Positions 28,433 to 38,054 of a stretch of DNA of 52,054 nt are shown one piece after another (within the stretch, counting starts at the first letter, position 1; the number at the start of each line of letters is the position of its first letter). The notes beneath the pieces were generated by a model. That model did not search any database and was not told the DNA's origin. It was given only the letters and a program-made list of their open reading frames with translations. The position numbers and the translations under genes are program-made. The stretch comes from Nitrospira japonica (lineage in GTDB: Bacteria; Nitrospirota; Thermodesulfovibrionia; Thermodesulfovibrionales; SM23-35), in the NCBI GenBank assembly GCA_020725385.1, contig DYFC01000008.1:1-52054 (forward strand). The letters run 5' to 3'.

Positions 28433-29725
28433 TTAATGTTTGAATGCACGTTGTCCTGTGAAAACCATGGTCACTTTTGGATTTGCTTCATTGCATGCAA
28501 TAATCGACTCGAAATCCCTCTCAGAACCTCCTGGATTTACAATGCCTGTAATTCCTTCTTTTATTCCTACATCAACTCCGTCTCTAAAAGGGAAAAAAGC
28601 ATCGGATACCATAATTGAACCGATAAGACCACCTTTATTTTTCCTTGTCTCCTCATCTATTTCAAGTAGCTCTTCTTTTTTCCTTTTGCCATTTTTGACA
28701 TCGAGTTCAAAAGTTTTATACGGAACACCATATTTTCTAAAACAGAGAGCATCAGCATATTTTGTATACGCCTTGAAAATCGCAATCTCTGCTGCGCCGA
28801 CTCTATCCTGTTCACCTGTTCCAATACCAACTGTAACCCCGTCTTTAACATAAATAACTGAATTTGAAGTAATCCCCTGCTCAACATTCCAGCCAAAAAG
28901 CATATCTTCATATTCCTTTTCAGTCGGCTGTCTCTCTATTGCATATTCCTGTCCTTTATAAATTGTCTTCGCAGGAAGGAAATCCTCTTTTCTTCTTATC
29001 TTGTTTATCGGAGATTGCTGGACAATTATTCCACCATCTATTAATGATTTAAAATCGACAAATCTAAGATCTCTATATTTTTCAAGTTCAGTCATTCTGC
29101 TTACTCTTATTATTCTTAGATTTTTTCTTTTTGCCAAAATAGGAATTACTCCTTCTTCATAATCAGGCGCTGCAACAACTTCAAGATAATTATTGCTCAC
29201 CATCCCGGCAGTCTCTTTATCCATAGAACGATTTACTACAAGACATCCTCCGAATGCTGCTATCCGGTCAGCCATATTTGCTTTATCATATGCATCAGCA
29301 ATGTTCTTTCCATATGCTGCACCACATGGATTATTATGTTTCAATATTACTGCAGCAGGTTTATCCATTAAGAATTTAATTATATTAAGTCCATTATCAA
29401 GGTCTGTCAGATTGGTCTTCCCTGGATGTTTACCGGCTTGAATCATATCCTCTTCGGTAATACTGCTTACAAGACCATTCCCGGGCAAAATAAATTGACA
29501 ATTTCCAAGAAGGAGATTACCGTTAAATAGTTCATATAGAGCAGCTTCCTGTTCAGGGTTTTCTCCATATCTTAGACCTTTCTCAATAAGTTCGCCTGTT
29601 TTTTCATCGGGTATTTTCCATGTCCTTTTCTTGTAAATAAGTGTTTGATTTCCAAAACTGATCTTCATCTCATCAGGAAAATGGTCAGCCATTATCGTAC
29701 GATACATTTTTTTAATATCTGACAT
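28433..29725 (-). CDS. purH: PurH-family AICAR transformylase-domain protein lacking the canonical N-terminal IMP cyclohydrolase domain
   Basis: LRYGENP, KHNNPCG, SNS..GIGTGEQDRV, SDAFFPFRDG, PGGS, RAFKH; no ALISVSDK-type N-terminal domain. Confidence 0.8.
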   Translation of the reverse strand: MSDIKKMYRTIMADHFPDEMKISFGNQTLIYKKRTWKIPDEKTGELIEKGLRYGENPEQEAALYELFNGNLLLGNCQFILPGNGLVSSITEEDMIQAGKHPGKTNLTDLDNGLNIIKFLMDKPAAVILKHNNPCGAAYGKNIADAYDKANMADRIAAFGGCLVVNRSMDKETAGMVSNNYLEVVAAPDYEEGVIPILAKRKNLRIIRVSRMTELEKYRDLRFVDFKSLIDGGIIVQQSPINKIRRKEDFLPAKTIYKGQEYAIERQPTEKEYEDMLFGWNVEQGITSNSVIYVKDGVTVGIGTGEQDRVGAAEIAIFKAYTKYADALCFRKYGVPYKTFELDVKNGKRKKEELLEIDEETRKNKGGLIGSIMVSDAFFPFRDGVDVGIKEGITGIVNPGGSERDFESIIACNEANPKVTMVFTGQRAFKH

Positions 29726-29759
29726 AAACCCCTCCTAATTTAAAATCATTTTACTAAAA

Positions 29760-30530
29760 TTATTTCTTTTTTAATTTAAATGTTTCCTCAATCAGCAAAA
29801 TATATTTTATATACTTGAAACCAAATTTCATTAAAGCAATTTCATCGGTTTTGATTTTTTCGAGTTCATCATCAGGAATATCAAAGACATCGAGAAATTT
29901 ACTTTCAAAAATAAATTTTTTAAACGTATCGAGGTCATAGCTTGCAAGATAAATTTGTGATTGCTGACCTGGGTCAAGTGGTTTCCCTGTAGGGTCTTTT
30001 CTTAACTGAATTTCTTTCCATTCTTTATTTAATTCATCACAAAGGTCAACCCCCTGATCTTTTCTCCATGATTCTACTGTCCATTCTGTATCTTCCTGAT
30101 AACCGAGACAATATGATTCTTTTATAAAAAAATAAAATTCTTCATTAACTATTCCTTTTTCTGTTGATTTTCTCCATGTACCCTGTCCTATAGGATAATA
30201 ACGGCAATTCGCGGGTCTGTCTGAATAAATCGTACAACCATCAGGTGTAACAAAAGGGCAGCTTTTATTTTCATCCTTGAGCATCTTAATTAATGCAATA
30301 GGATGGGATGTTCTCGGGTCAATGTCCATATGAGTATATTTATCAAGAAATTCTGACGAAGTCATACCGAGTCTGTTTTTCATTCTGATAATATCATAAG
30401 GTGTAAGCATTATATTTATATTGCTGCAACATTTTGTAAAGCATTTAACACCCGGATGACACCTGAATTTAAATCTTGACTTCAAAGTCAATTGTGCTGG
30501 CTCAACATCTTTCATACTTGGTAAAGGCAT
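29760..30530 (-). CDS. YkgJ-family (UPF0153) cysteine-cluster protein, putative Fe-S/Zn binding
   Basis: FRCHPGVKCFTKCC and CPFV..GCTIYSDRPANCRYYP motifs. Confidence 0.82.
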   Translation of the reverse strand: MPLPSMKDVEPAQLTLKSRFKFRCHPGVKCFTKCCSNINIMLTPYDIIRMKNRLGMTSSEFLDKYTHMDIDPRTSHPIALIKMLKDENKSCPFVTPDGCTIYSDRPANCRYYPIGQGTWRKSTEKGIVNEEFYFFIKESYCLGYQEDTEWTVESWRKDQGVDLCDELNKEWKEIQLRKDPTGKPLDPGQQSQIYLASYDLDTFKKFIFESKFLDVFDIPDDELEKIKTDEIALMKFGFKYIKYILLIEETFKLKKK

Positions 30531-30630
30531 TTTCTTAATCCTCTCTTTTCCTGTTTATTATGTTTTATATTTTAAATGACACAATATATTTTTCACATAA
30601 ATTTTAATTAATCTAAAATATGCAATTAAA

Positions 30631-30708
30631 GATTCTGAAATAAGTTCAGAATGACAATTTTCAAGGTTGTTGCGCATAAACAGTGTCATGCTGAATTCAT
30701 TTCAGCAT
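30631..30708. repeat. Inverted pair of GTCA-type REP-like palindromes
   Basis: GATTCTGAAATAAGTTCAGAATGAC (30631-30655; reverse complement GTCATTCTGAACTTATTTCAGAATC) and GTCATGCTGAATTCATTTCAGCAT (30685-30708), 29 nt apart. Confidence 0.7.
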
Positions 30709-30782
30709 TTCAGGTCTTTAAAGGCTTTACAACATTGACTGCACTTCTAAGGTCGTAATAGCAATATCTATATCCAATGAAT

Positions 30783-30817
30783 AAAAAAGGCCGACAGTTT
30801 TATACCGCCGGCCTTTT
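30783..30817 (-). terminator. Intrinsic (potentially bidirectional) terminator after hppA
   Basis: AAAAGGCCG...CGGCCTTTT stem flanked by A and T runs, 14 nt after the hppA stop. Confidence 0.75.
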
Positions 30818-30831
30818 CTTATAAATAAAAA

Positions 30832-32904
30832 TTACAGTAACGGTACTATCAAAAGTGCGACAATATTGATAACCTTAATCATCGGGTTAATTGCCGGGCC
30901 TGCTGTATCTTTGTACGGGTCGCCGACTGTATCACCTGTAACAGATGCTTTATGTCCGTCGCTACCTTTCTTATGCAATACACCCTTATCGTCTGTAACT
31001 CCATCCTCAAAAGATTTCTTTGCATTATCCCATGCACCGCCGCCACTTGTCATTGCAATTGCCTGGAAAAGACCGGTAACAATGCTTCCGATAAGAACAC
31101 CACCAAGTGCTTTTGGTCCGAGTATGAAACCTACAAGCAAAGGTGCAGCAACAGGAAGTAATGCTGGAATCATCATTTCTTTAATAGCTGATTTTGTAAC
31201 TATATCAACGCATTTACCATACTCGGGCTTCCCTGTTCCTTCCATAATACCTTTAATCTCGCGGAACTGTCTGCGGACCTCAACAACAACACCACCTGCT
31301 GCTTTACCAACTGCAAGCATTAGTCTTGCACCGAAATAGTATGGTATCAGACCTCCTATGAAAAGACCTGCAATAACATATGGGTCTGAAAGATCGAATT
31401 GAACACCACCCATTTTCTTAATTAACTCTCTTGAATATTCGGCGAAAAGAACAAGTGCTGCAAGTGCTGCTGAACCAATTGCATAACCTTTTGTAACTGC
31501 TTTTGTTGTATTACCAACTGCATCGAGAGGGTCGGTAACACCGCGTACATTTTCAGGAAGTTCTGCCATCTCGGCAATACCACCTGCATTATCTGTAATT
31601 GGTCCATATGAGTCAATTGCAACAACAATACCTGTCATTGAAAGCATTGAAACAGCAGCAAGAGCGATTGTAAATAATCCGCCACCTACATTTCCTGCAA
31701 ATCCACCACCAAGTGCGTAAGAGGACATAATTGCTGCAACAATAACAATTGCCGGCAATGCTGTTGCTTCCATACTAACAGCAAGTCCTGCTATAACATT
31801 TGTAGCATGACCCGTAAAACTTGCTCTTGCTATTGTTTTAACAGGTCTGAATGATTTTGATGTATAGTACTCTGTAATCCAGACAATTAAACCGGTAAGA
31901 ACAAGTCCGATAACTGCTGCAAGGAATATACTCATCGGGCTGAATCCACCTGTATCAGAACCAAGCTGTCCCATAAACCACACGGTCACGCCATAGAAAG
32001 CAATTGCAGCAAGAATACCCGCTACCGCCAATGCTTTATATAGTGCGCCCATTATATACTGGCTTGCACCAAGTCTTACAAAATAAGTTCCAATTACTGA
32101 AGCAACAATTGAAACACCACCGAGAAGAATAGGAAATTCAACCCAGGGGCTTTCAGGCCCAAAAATTGATTTTGCAAGAAGCATTGCTGCAACAAGTGTA
32201 ACTGTGTATGTTTCGTAAAGGTCAGCAGCCATTCCAGCGCAGTCACCGACGTTGTCACCAACGTTATCAGCAATAACAGCAGGGTTTCTCGGATCGTCTT
32301 CCGGAATTCCTGCCTCAACTTTACCAACAAGGTCTGCTCCAACGTCAGCAGCTTTTGTATAAATACCACCTGCAATACGTGCAAAAACACTCATTAATGA
32401 GCAGCCAAAACCCAGACCAACGAGAGCGTGGAATGCGCCTTCGCCAACTACTGATTTTGCTATAGCATAGTATCCTGCGATACCAATAATTCCAAGTCCA
32501 ACAACCATAAGGCCAGTAACCGAACCACCTTTGAATGATAGTGTAAGAGCTTGCTGTAAGCCTCTTGAAGCAGCCTGTGTTGTTCTAACATTTGCACGAA
32601 CAGTAACAAACATACCTACAAAACCTGCAAATGCAGAACCACATGTTCCAATAAGAAAACCTATTGCTGTCCAAATACCAAGAGCCGGCACAGCAGCAAT
32701 AATTATAAACAATATAACAGCAACAATCGCTACAGTTTTATACTCACGGGCAAGAAATGCATAAGCACCTTCTTTAACAGCATTTGAAATCTGCTGCATT
32801 CTATCAGAGCCTGCATCTTGCTTCGAAACCCATGCTGCGGTTATCAGGGCATACAAAACTCCCAAAACACCGCAGGCTAAACCAAACAAAATAATAGTAC
32901 TCAT
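30832..32904 (-). CDS. hppA: Membrane-bound H+-translocating pyrophosphatase, K+-independent type
   Basis: [45 protein letters not shown] has Lys at the Ala/Lys determinant, which marks K+-independent enzymes. Confidence 0.95.
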   Translation of the reverse strand: MSTIILFGLACGVLGVLYALITAAWVSKQDAGSDRMQQISNAVKEGAYAFLAREYKTVAIVAVILFIIIAAVPALGIWTAIGFLIGTCGSAFAGFVGMFVTVRANVRTTQAASRGLQQALTLSFKGGSVTGLMVVGLGIIGIAGYYAIAKSVVGEGAFHALVGLGFGCSLMSVFARIAGGIYTKAADVGADLVGKVEAGIPEDDPRNPAVIADNVGDNVGDCAGMAADLYETYTVTLVAAMLLAKSIFGPESPWVEFPILLGGVSIVASVIGTYFVRLGASQYIMGALYKALAVAGILAAIAFYGVTVWFMGQLGSDTGGFSPMSIFLAAVIGLVLTGLIVWITEYYTSKSFRPVKTIARASFTGHATNVIAGLAVSMEATALPAIVIVAAIMSSYALGGGFAGNVGGGLFTIALAAVSMLSMTGIVVAIDSYGPITDNAGGIAEMAELPENVRGVTDPLDAVGNTTKAVTKGYAIGSAALAALVLFAEYSRELIKKMGGVQFDLSDPYVIAGLFIGGLIPYYFGARLMLAVGKAAGGVVVEVRRQFREIKGIMEGTGKPEYGKCVDIVTKSAIKEMMIPALLPVAAPLLVGFILGPKALGGVLIGSIVTGLFQAIAMTSGGGAWDNAKKSFEDGVTDDKGVLHKKGSDGHKASVTGDTVGDPYKDTAGPAINPMIKVINIVALLIVPLL

Positions 32905-32917
32905 TTACTATCCCTCC

Positions 32918-32980
32918 TTAATTAAACTTTCCTTTAGTTAAGTGAAAAGTGAATACTTTAGTAATTTTTTTACCTTTCAC
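32918..32980 (-). other. Candidate 20-aa upstream mini-ORF (MKGKKITKVFTFHLTKGKFN) or SD-pairing RNA element before hppA
   Basis: AAGGAGGGAG directly precedes GTG 32980. The frame is open to TAA 32918, which overlaps the hppA SD (TAAGGAGG). Confidence 0.35.
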
Positions 32981-33010
32981 CTCCCTCCTTTTTTTATAAT
33001 AAAATCCACT

Positions 33011-34261
33011 TTATTTTACCCCTGTGTCTCTTGCTGTAGCCTTTGCAAATACCATAGCGGTCGCCCTGTACAGCATATGTGCCATCTTCGAGAAAGGCGC
33101 ATATGCAAACAGGAAAAAGACCACTACAAGATGGGCAAAATATACAAGATATGAAAGAATAGCTATATTAGCGAGTCTAAACAATTCAGAAAGAATACCT
33201 GTAGCCATTACGGCAAATACTATATATATAAACAACCAATCGTAATATCCGCCTTTACCAGCTTTTGCTTCGTTCTTTTTTCTGTTGTTTATAACCATAA
33301 CTATACCAATCAATAGAGCGAGTGCGCTAACATTCGCAAGCCATTTAAGAGGATCTGTTAAAGGATATGGTGATGGTCCAAGTAAAAATGAAGGCGGAGT
33401 TTTACCCATTGCATGTAAAATTTCATAGCCATACAAATAAAGAACAGCCCATGCTGTTGTAATCGCAAGACCTATAAAACTAAAGAAAACAAGCATATGG
33501 GCAAGTTTTCTATCAATTGTTACATTACATTTTTCGAAGCGTTTATGTGTAAGTATTTCACCTATAGTTTCACTTATTGCCGGCCAGATACTTCCTTGCG
33601 GTTTCAGTCCTGTATATTGAATCATTGCTTTCCAGTATTTTCTAACACCGATAAAAAGTGAAGCAACAGCAAAGAAAAATATTGGTACAAAAACACCATC
33701 AATAAAATATGATGGTAGTAAAGCTGAATAAGCGATTTTACCAGCTTGATTTCTTATTGATTCAAGATTTAGGTGACCGAGCGCAGCAAGAATTATAAGG
33801 AATATTACAGCAGGCACTGCAAGTAAAGGAACCAATCCTCCGGGACTACCTACTAATTTTCCAAGTGCCCGGGGAACTGAATAGTTTTCGATAGACATTT
33901 TTCTGACGACATTAAGAACTTCACCGGGTTTAGCTCCTCTCGGGCAGTAAGCAGTACAGTCGCTACATTGATGACATAACCAGATGTCAGGATTCGCGAT
34001 CAGTTTATCCTTAAGACCCCATTGAGCATTGATCATCTCTTTTCTCGGGAACGGCTTATCCGCTGGTGTAAGATTACAAACTACCGAGCATGTTGCACAT
34101 TGATAACATTTCTTTAGAGATTCTCCACCGCCTTGTATTATAGCATTTACAAACTCCAAGTCAGGAGAGACAATTACTGAGTCATCCTTTGCAGGAACCG
34201 GAGCCTCAGCAACAGCCTCCTCAACTTTTACTTCAGATACCTGAGTTTTTTCTTGTTCCAT
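33011..34261 (-). CDS. qmoC: Quinone-interacting membrane oxidoreductase subunit QmoC
   Basis: HdrC-like CYQCATCSVVC and CHQCSDCTAYCP, followed by a cytochrome b-type membrane domain with candidate heme His (LAHML, FAHLV, KMAHML). Confidence 0.93.
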   Translation of the reverse strand: MEQEKTQVSEVKVEEAVAEAPVPAKDDSVIVSPDLEFVNAIIQGGGESLKKCYQCATCSVVCNLTPADKPFPRKEMINAQWGLKDKLIANPDIWLCHQCSDCTAYCPRGAKPGEVLNVVRKMSIENYSVPRALGKLVGSPGGLVPLLAVPAVIFLIILAALGHLNLESIRNQAGKIAYSALLPSYFIDGVFVPIFFFAVASLFIGVRKYWKAMIQYTGLKPQGSIWPAISETIGEILTHKRFEKCNVTIDRKLAHMLVFFSFIGLAITTAWAVLYLYGYEILHAMGKTPPSFLLGPSPYPLTDPLKWLANVSALALLIGIVMVINNRKKNEAKAGKGGYYDWLFIYIVFAVMATGILSELFRLANIAILSYLVYFAHLVVVFFLFAYAPFSKMAHMLYRATAMVFAKATARDTGVK

Positions 34262-34296
34262 ATATATCCTCCCTACACTTATAGGTCCCTATATTA

Positions 34297-36522
34297 TTAG
34301 AATTCCTTAAATGGATTATGTCCTATTTCCTTAACCTTTTCTGCAAATTCATTTATCATATCCGGGAGCTTATGATATTCATCAATCGCCACCTGCAACA
34401 TCTTAACACGGTCAGCCTCAAGTTGCAACTTATTCAAAGTTTCACCAACTTTGCTGAAACGCGTATTGGCAAGTTCACTGCCCTTTACAAAGTGACATTG
34501 ATAATTTTCACCAAACTTGCAACCTAATAATAAAAACCCGTCTATACCTTTTGAAAATGCATCGGCAATCCAGACAAGATGCATACCGCCAAGACATCTT
34601 AATGGAATAAATCGTACACTTGGGTCTATCTGTCTTCTTTGCATTGCAAGTGTATCAAGTGCCGGATATGCATCATTTTCGCATACAAGACATACTATCC
34701 TGAATTCTTCTTCTTCTACTTCAATTGATTTTATTGCCGAGCCGATTATGTCTATGCTGTAATCTTTAAATGACACAATTCTTTCAGGGCACGCACCCAT
34801 ACATGTTCCGCAACGTCTGCATCTGTTGACTTTATAAAATGGAATTCCTTTTTCATCTTCATCGATTGCTCCAAAAGGACATTCTTCAGTACATCTCTTG
34901 CATGCTGTGCATCTGATTAGCTGCGGGTCCGGAAAAGTTAAATCCCATGCCCTCGGGTGCACTGCAACACCTTTTGAGACATGATCAATACATTGTATTG
35001 CTTTAAAAGCAGCACCTGCTGCATCTTCCTGAGAATCAGTCATATTCATAGGTTGTCTAACAGGACCAGCTGCATATACTCCGGTTCTTCTTGTTTCATA
35101 CTGGAAACAGATAAAGTTTGAATCTGCAAATCCCAGAGCACCCGGTAATGACGGTATTTCAGGTCCCTGTCTATATGTAAGATTAAGAATAAATTCGGGT
35201 TTTGGAGTAGAATCAAGATATGCTTTCTTTGCTTCATCACCTTTTGTTGCTGCTTCTGCAAGTCCGTCAAGATATTCCTGCGGTGCGCGTGTCGTAGGAA
35301 CCATTCCTGTTGCAAGAACAACAAGGTCAGCTTCAACTTTAACTTTTTCTCCGAGCAAAGAATTCTCCATCATTACATATAAATTGCCATTCCCTGCATC
35401 AGCAACCCCTGTTACTTCGCCTTTTGTTAACATTACACCGGGATCATTTTGAGCTTCTTTGTAAAATGCTTCAAGCCTTCCGGGTGTTCTCATATCTTTA
35501 TATAAAATCATCGCAATTGCATCTGATTTTTGCCTGACATATCTTGCCTGCTTTAAAGATGTTGCACAGCACATAGATGAACAGTACGGAAGATGATTCG
35601 GGTCCCTGCTTCCTGCACACTGAATGAAAGCAACTTTCTTTGCTTCCCTACCATCAGATGGTCTTGTAATAGCCCCTGATTTTGCAATCTGTTCAAATTC
35701 AATATTGGTGACAACATCTTTATATTTACCATAGCCGAGATGGTCTAATTTAGTTGCATCATAAGGTATCCAGCCTGTAGCTAAAACAATCGCACCTATT
35801 TTTTCCGTAACAGGCCCGTCAGAAGATGCTATAGTAACATCGAATAAACCGGGCTGTCCCTCTGTTTTTTCAACTTTGGCAGATTTAAAAACTTTTATAT
35901 TCGGATGGCTTTCAACTTCTTTTATAATCTTATCTATTTCAGTATCAACAATAACTGGCTCTTTATAATCTCTTGTTGGTATCTTTTTATAAAGTTTATT
36001 AGCGAATCCTCCGAGTTGTGCTTCTTTTTCAACCAGCACAACTTTATAGCCTGCTTTAGCTGATTCAAGGGCTGCTGTCATTCCTGAAATTCCACCGCCT
36101 ATTACAAGTATGTTATTGCTGAGGTTTTCAAGAATATTTGGAGCAGGCAATTCAGATTTCTGTGCTTTGACAGCTCCTATTGTTAAATAATCTTCTGCAA
36201 GAGCCTGTGTATCATCTGTTTTTGGAGGCTGGGTCCACGCAACAAATTCACGTATATTAACTCTTTCCACAAGACATCCTGGGAAATCAAATTCATCATA
36301 TTTTACACGCGGGGAACATGCTGCAATTATTAATGTATTGACTCCCTTTTTAATATCTCCCTTTATCATCTGCAATCCTTCAGGACTGCAAAGAATATCA
36401 TGGGTTTTTATGTCTTCTTCCTTGATTGTTGCTGATTTGGCGGATTTTGCAAGTTTCTCTGTATCAATGGAATCACCGATTCCGCATCCTTTACATATAT
36501 ATACGCCGTATTTTTTTTCCAT
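34297..36522 (-). CDS. qmoB: QmoB (HdrA-like flavoprotein fused to ferredoxin and MvhD-like domains)
   Basis: GGGISG FAD motif, QCAGSRD..YCSSMCC, CTACKRCTEECP/CRRCGTCMGACP, C-terminal CENDAYPA..RCLG..GC..CH. Confidence 0.95.
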   Translation of the reverse strand: MEKKYGVYICKGCGIGDSIDTEKLAKSAKSATIKEEDIKTHDILCSPEGLQMIKGDIKKGVNTLIIAACSPRVKYDEFDFPGCLVERVNIREFVAWTQPPKTDDTQALAEDYLTIGAVKAQKSELPAPNILENLSNNILVIGGGISGMTAALESAKAGYKVVLVEKEAQLGGFANKLYKKIPTRDYKEPVIVDTEIDKIIKEVESHPNIKVFKSAKVEKTEGQPGLFDVTIASSDGPVTEKIGAIVLATGWIPYDATKLDHLGYGKYKDVVTNIEFEQIAKSGAITRPSDGREAKKVAFIQCAGSRDPNHLPYCSSMCCATSLKQARYVRQKSDAIAMILYKDMRTPGRLEAFYKEAQNDPGVMLTKGEVTGVADAGNGNLYVMMENSLLGEKVKVEADLVVLATGMVPTTRAPQEYLDGLAEAATKGDEAKKAYLDSTPKPEFILNLTYRQGPEIPSLPGALGFADSNFICFQYETRRTGVYAAGPVRQPMNMTDSQEDAAGAAFKAIQCIDHVSKGVAVHPRAWDLTFPDPQLIRCTACKRCTEECPFGAIDEDEKGIPFYKVNRCRRCGTCMGACPERIVSFKDYSIDIIGSAIKSIEVEEEEFRIVCLVCENDAYPALDTLAMQRRQIDPSVRFIPLRCLGGMHLVWIADAFSKGIDGFLLLGCKFGENYQCHFVKGSELANTRFSKVGETLNKLQLEADRVKMLQVAIDEYHKLPDMINEFAEKVKEIGHNPFKEF

Positions 36523-36526
36523 AACC

Positions 36527-37786
36527 CTACCTCCTATTCACGCTCTGGATGCATTTTATTACAGCACCTGTTGCATCCTGTACTGATCTCGCAACATCAG
36601 CAGGGCTTCTTAATGTCCCCACTGCGTATATTCCTTTCTTAAGAGCCGCATCATCAACAAGTCCATCTGGTGTATATGAAAGGCTTGTGCCGACATTTGA
36701 GCCTTTTGTAGCAAGGTCCATTCCGGTTGCAAGCACAACCATATCAAACTTAGCTTTAATTTTTCCTCCTCCGAGAGTATCTTCGACATCGACAATCACA
36801 TCATTAGTTCCTGCTTCTTCAGTTATTCCCGCTACCTTGCCTTTGGTAAAAATTACCTTCGGATCATCCTTAATTTTCCAATAGAATCTATTTTCATATA
36901 ATCCTGGCGTTCTTATATCAATGTAAAATATTTGGATTGTTGCTTCAGGATATTGTTCCCTAATATACATTGCATGTTTTAATGTCGCAAGACAACAAAT
37001 ATACGAGCAATACGGAAGGTGATTTTCATCCCTCGAACCAGCACATTGAACAAACGCTATATTTTTTATCTCCTTACCATCTGATGGTCGAACTATTTTG
37101 CCAGCAGTCGGCCCATCTTCAGAAGCAAGTCTTTCCATCATCATATTTGTTATAACATTCTTAACTTTACCGGAGCCCAGTATGTCGAGCTTATTAACAT
37201 CATATGGATTCCAGCCTGTTGCAAGTACTACTGCCCCAACTTTTAGATTAACAGTCTCGGTTTTCATGTTAAAATCTATAGCACTATATTTACAGGCCTC
37301 AAGACACGGTTTTGAACAATCTTTTGGACAAGCTGTAGCATCAATTACATATTGAAAAGGAAATGCCTGCGCATGTGGTAGATATGCTGCTTTTGTTCTG
37401 TCCATCCCAAAATTAAAATCATTGTTTCGATAGGATGGGCATGCTTGCGCGCAAGCATCGCAGCCAACGCATTTGTCATTAACATATCTTGGATTAAGTT
37501 TGACAGTTACATCAAAATTTCCTTCTTCACCCTTAATTTCTGTTACTTCTGCAAGAGTATAAATTGTTACCCGCGGACTATTTTTTATTCTTTTGAATTG
37601 AATTTCCAATCCGCAGTTAGGTGGACAAAGCTTCCAGAAATATTTGTTTATCTGGGCTACCCTGCCACCAAGATAGGGGTTCTTTTCTACGATATAAGCA
37701 TCAAGTCCTGCTTCTGCTGCTTCTATAGCAGCAGTAAGTCCGCTCATACCGCCTCCTACTACAAGAACTTTCTTATTTTCCGCCAT
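36527..37786 (-). CDS. qmoA: QmoA (HdrA-like flavoprotein)
   Basis: GGGMSG, KLCPPNCGLE, CVGCDACAQACP, QCAGSRDENHLPYCSYICC; directly downstream of aprA. Confidence 0.95.
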   Translation of the reverse strand: MAENKKVLVVGGGMSGLTAAIEAAEAGLDAYIVEKNPYLGGRVAQINKYFWKLCPPNCGLEIQFKRIKNSPRVTIYTLAEVTEIKGEEGNFDVTVKLNPRYVNDKCVGCDACAQACPSYRNNDFNFGMDRTKAAYLPHAQAFPFQYVIDATACPKDCSKPCLEACKYSAIDFNMKTETVNLKVGAVVLATGWNPYDVNKLDILGSGKVKNVITNMMMERLASEDGPTAGKIVRPSDGKEIKNIAFVQCAGSRDENHLPYCSYICCLATLKHAMYIREQYPEATIQIFYIDIRTPGLYENRFYWKIKDDPKVIFTKGKVAGITEEAGTNDVIVDVEDTLGGGKIKAKFDMVVLATGMDLATKGSNVGTSLSYTPDGLVDDAALKKGIYAVGTLRSPADVARSVQDATGAVIKCIQSVNRR

Positions 37787-37806
37787 AATAACCCTCCTTC
37801 ATAGGC

Positions 37807-37866
37807 AGTAAGTCACAAAGAGCGGGTTATACGTTAATTAATATAACCATCTCTTTTTAACTTACT
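37807..37866 (-). promoter_or_regulatory. Long imperfect hairpin in the qmoA 5' leader
   Basis: Minus strand arms AGTAAGTTA/TGACTTACT, AAAGAG/CTCTTT and GGTTATAT/GTATAACC; the G-U pairs fit the mRNA strand. Confidence 0.55.
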
Positions 37867-37883
37867 TTCAGTAAACGGCTGCT

Positions 37884-37892
37884 ATTATAGCA
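37884..37892 (-). promoter_or_regulatory. Extended -10 promoter for qmoABC
   Basis: Minus strand TGCTATAAT about 100 nt upstream of the qmoA ATG and downstream of the aprA terminator. Confidence 0.55.
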
Positions 37893-38011
37893 TAAATAGA
37901 AACAAAAAATAAAAATATACTTCATGGAAAAGAAGTAATTTTGAAACAACCCTTTAAAAGGCACTTTGTACACGGGTAATATTTATATATTTTTGAAGCT
38001 TTGTTTTGAAT

Positions 38012-38045
38012 TAAAATGAAAGGGAGGGCTAAAGCCCTCCCTTTC
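38012..38045 (-). terminator. Intrinsic terminator/stabilising hairpin after aprA
   Basis: Perfect 12-bp stem GAAAGGGAGGGC/GCCCTCCCTTTC (38018-38045) with a U-rich tail on the minus strand, 9 nt after the stop. Confidence 0.85.
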
Positions 38046-38054
38046 GAACTCTAA

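Noticed and set aside
34297-37786. Selenocysteine recoding in the HdrA/MvhD-like QmoA/QmoB
   Set aside because: Both ORFs are uninterrupted and the expected ligands are ordinary Cys.
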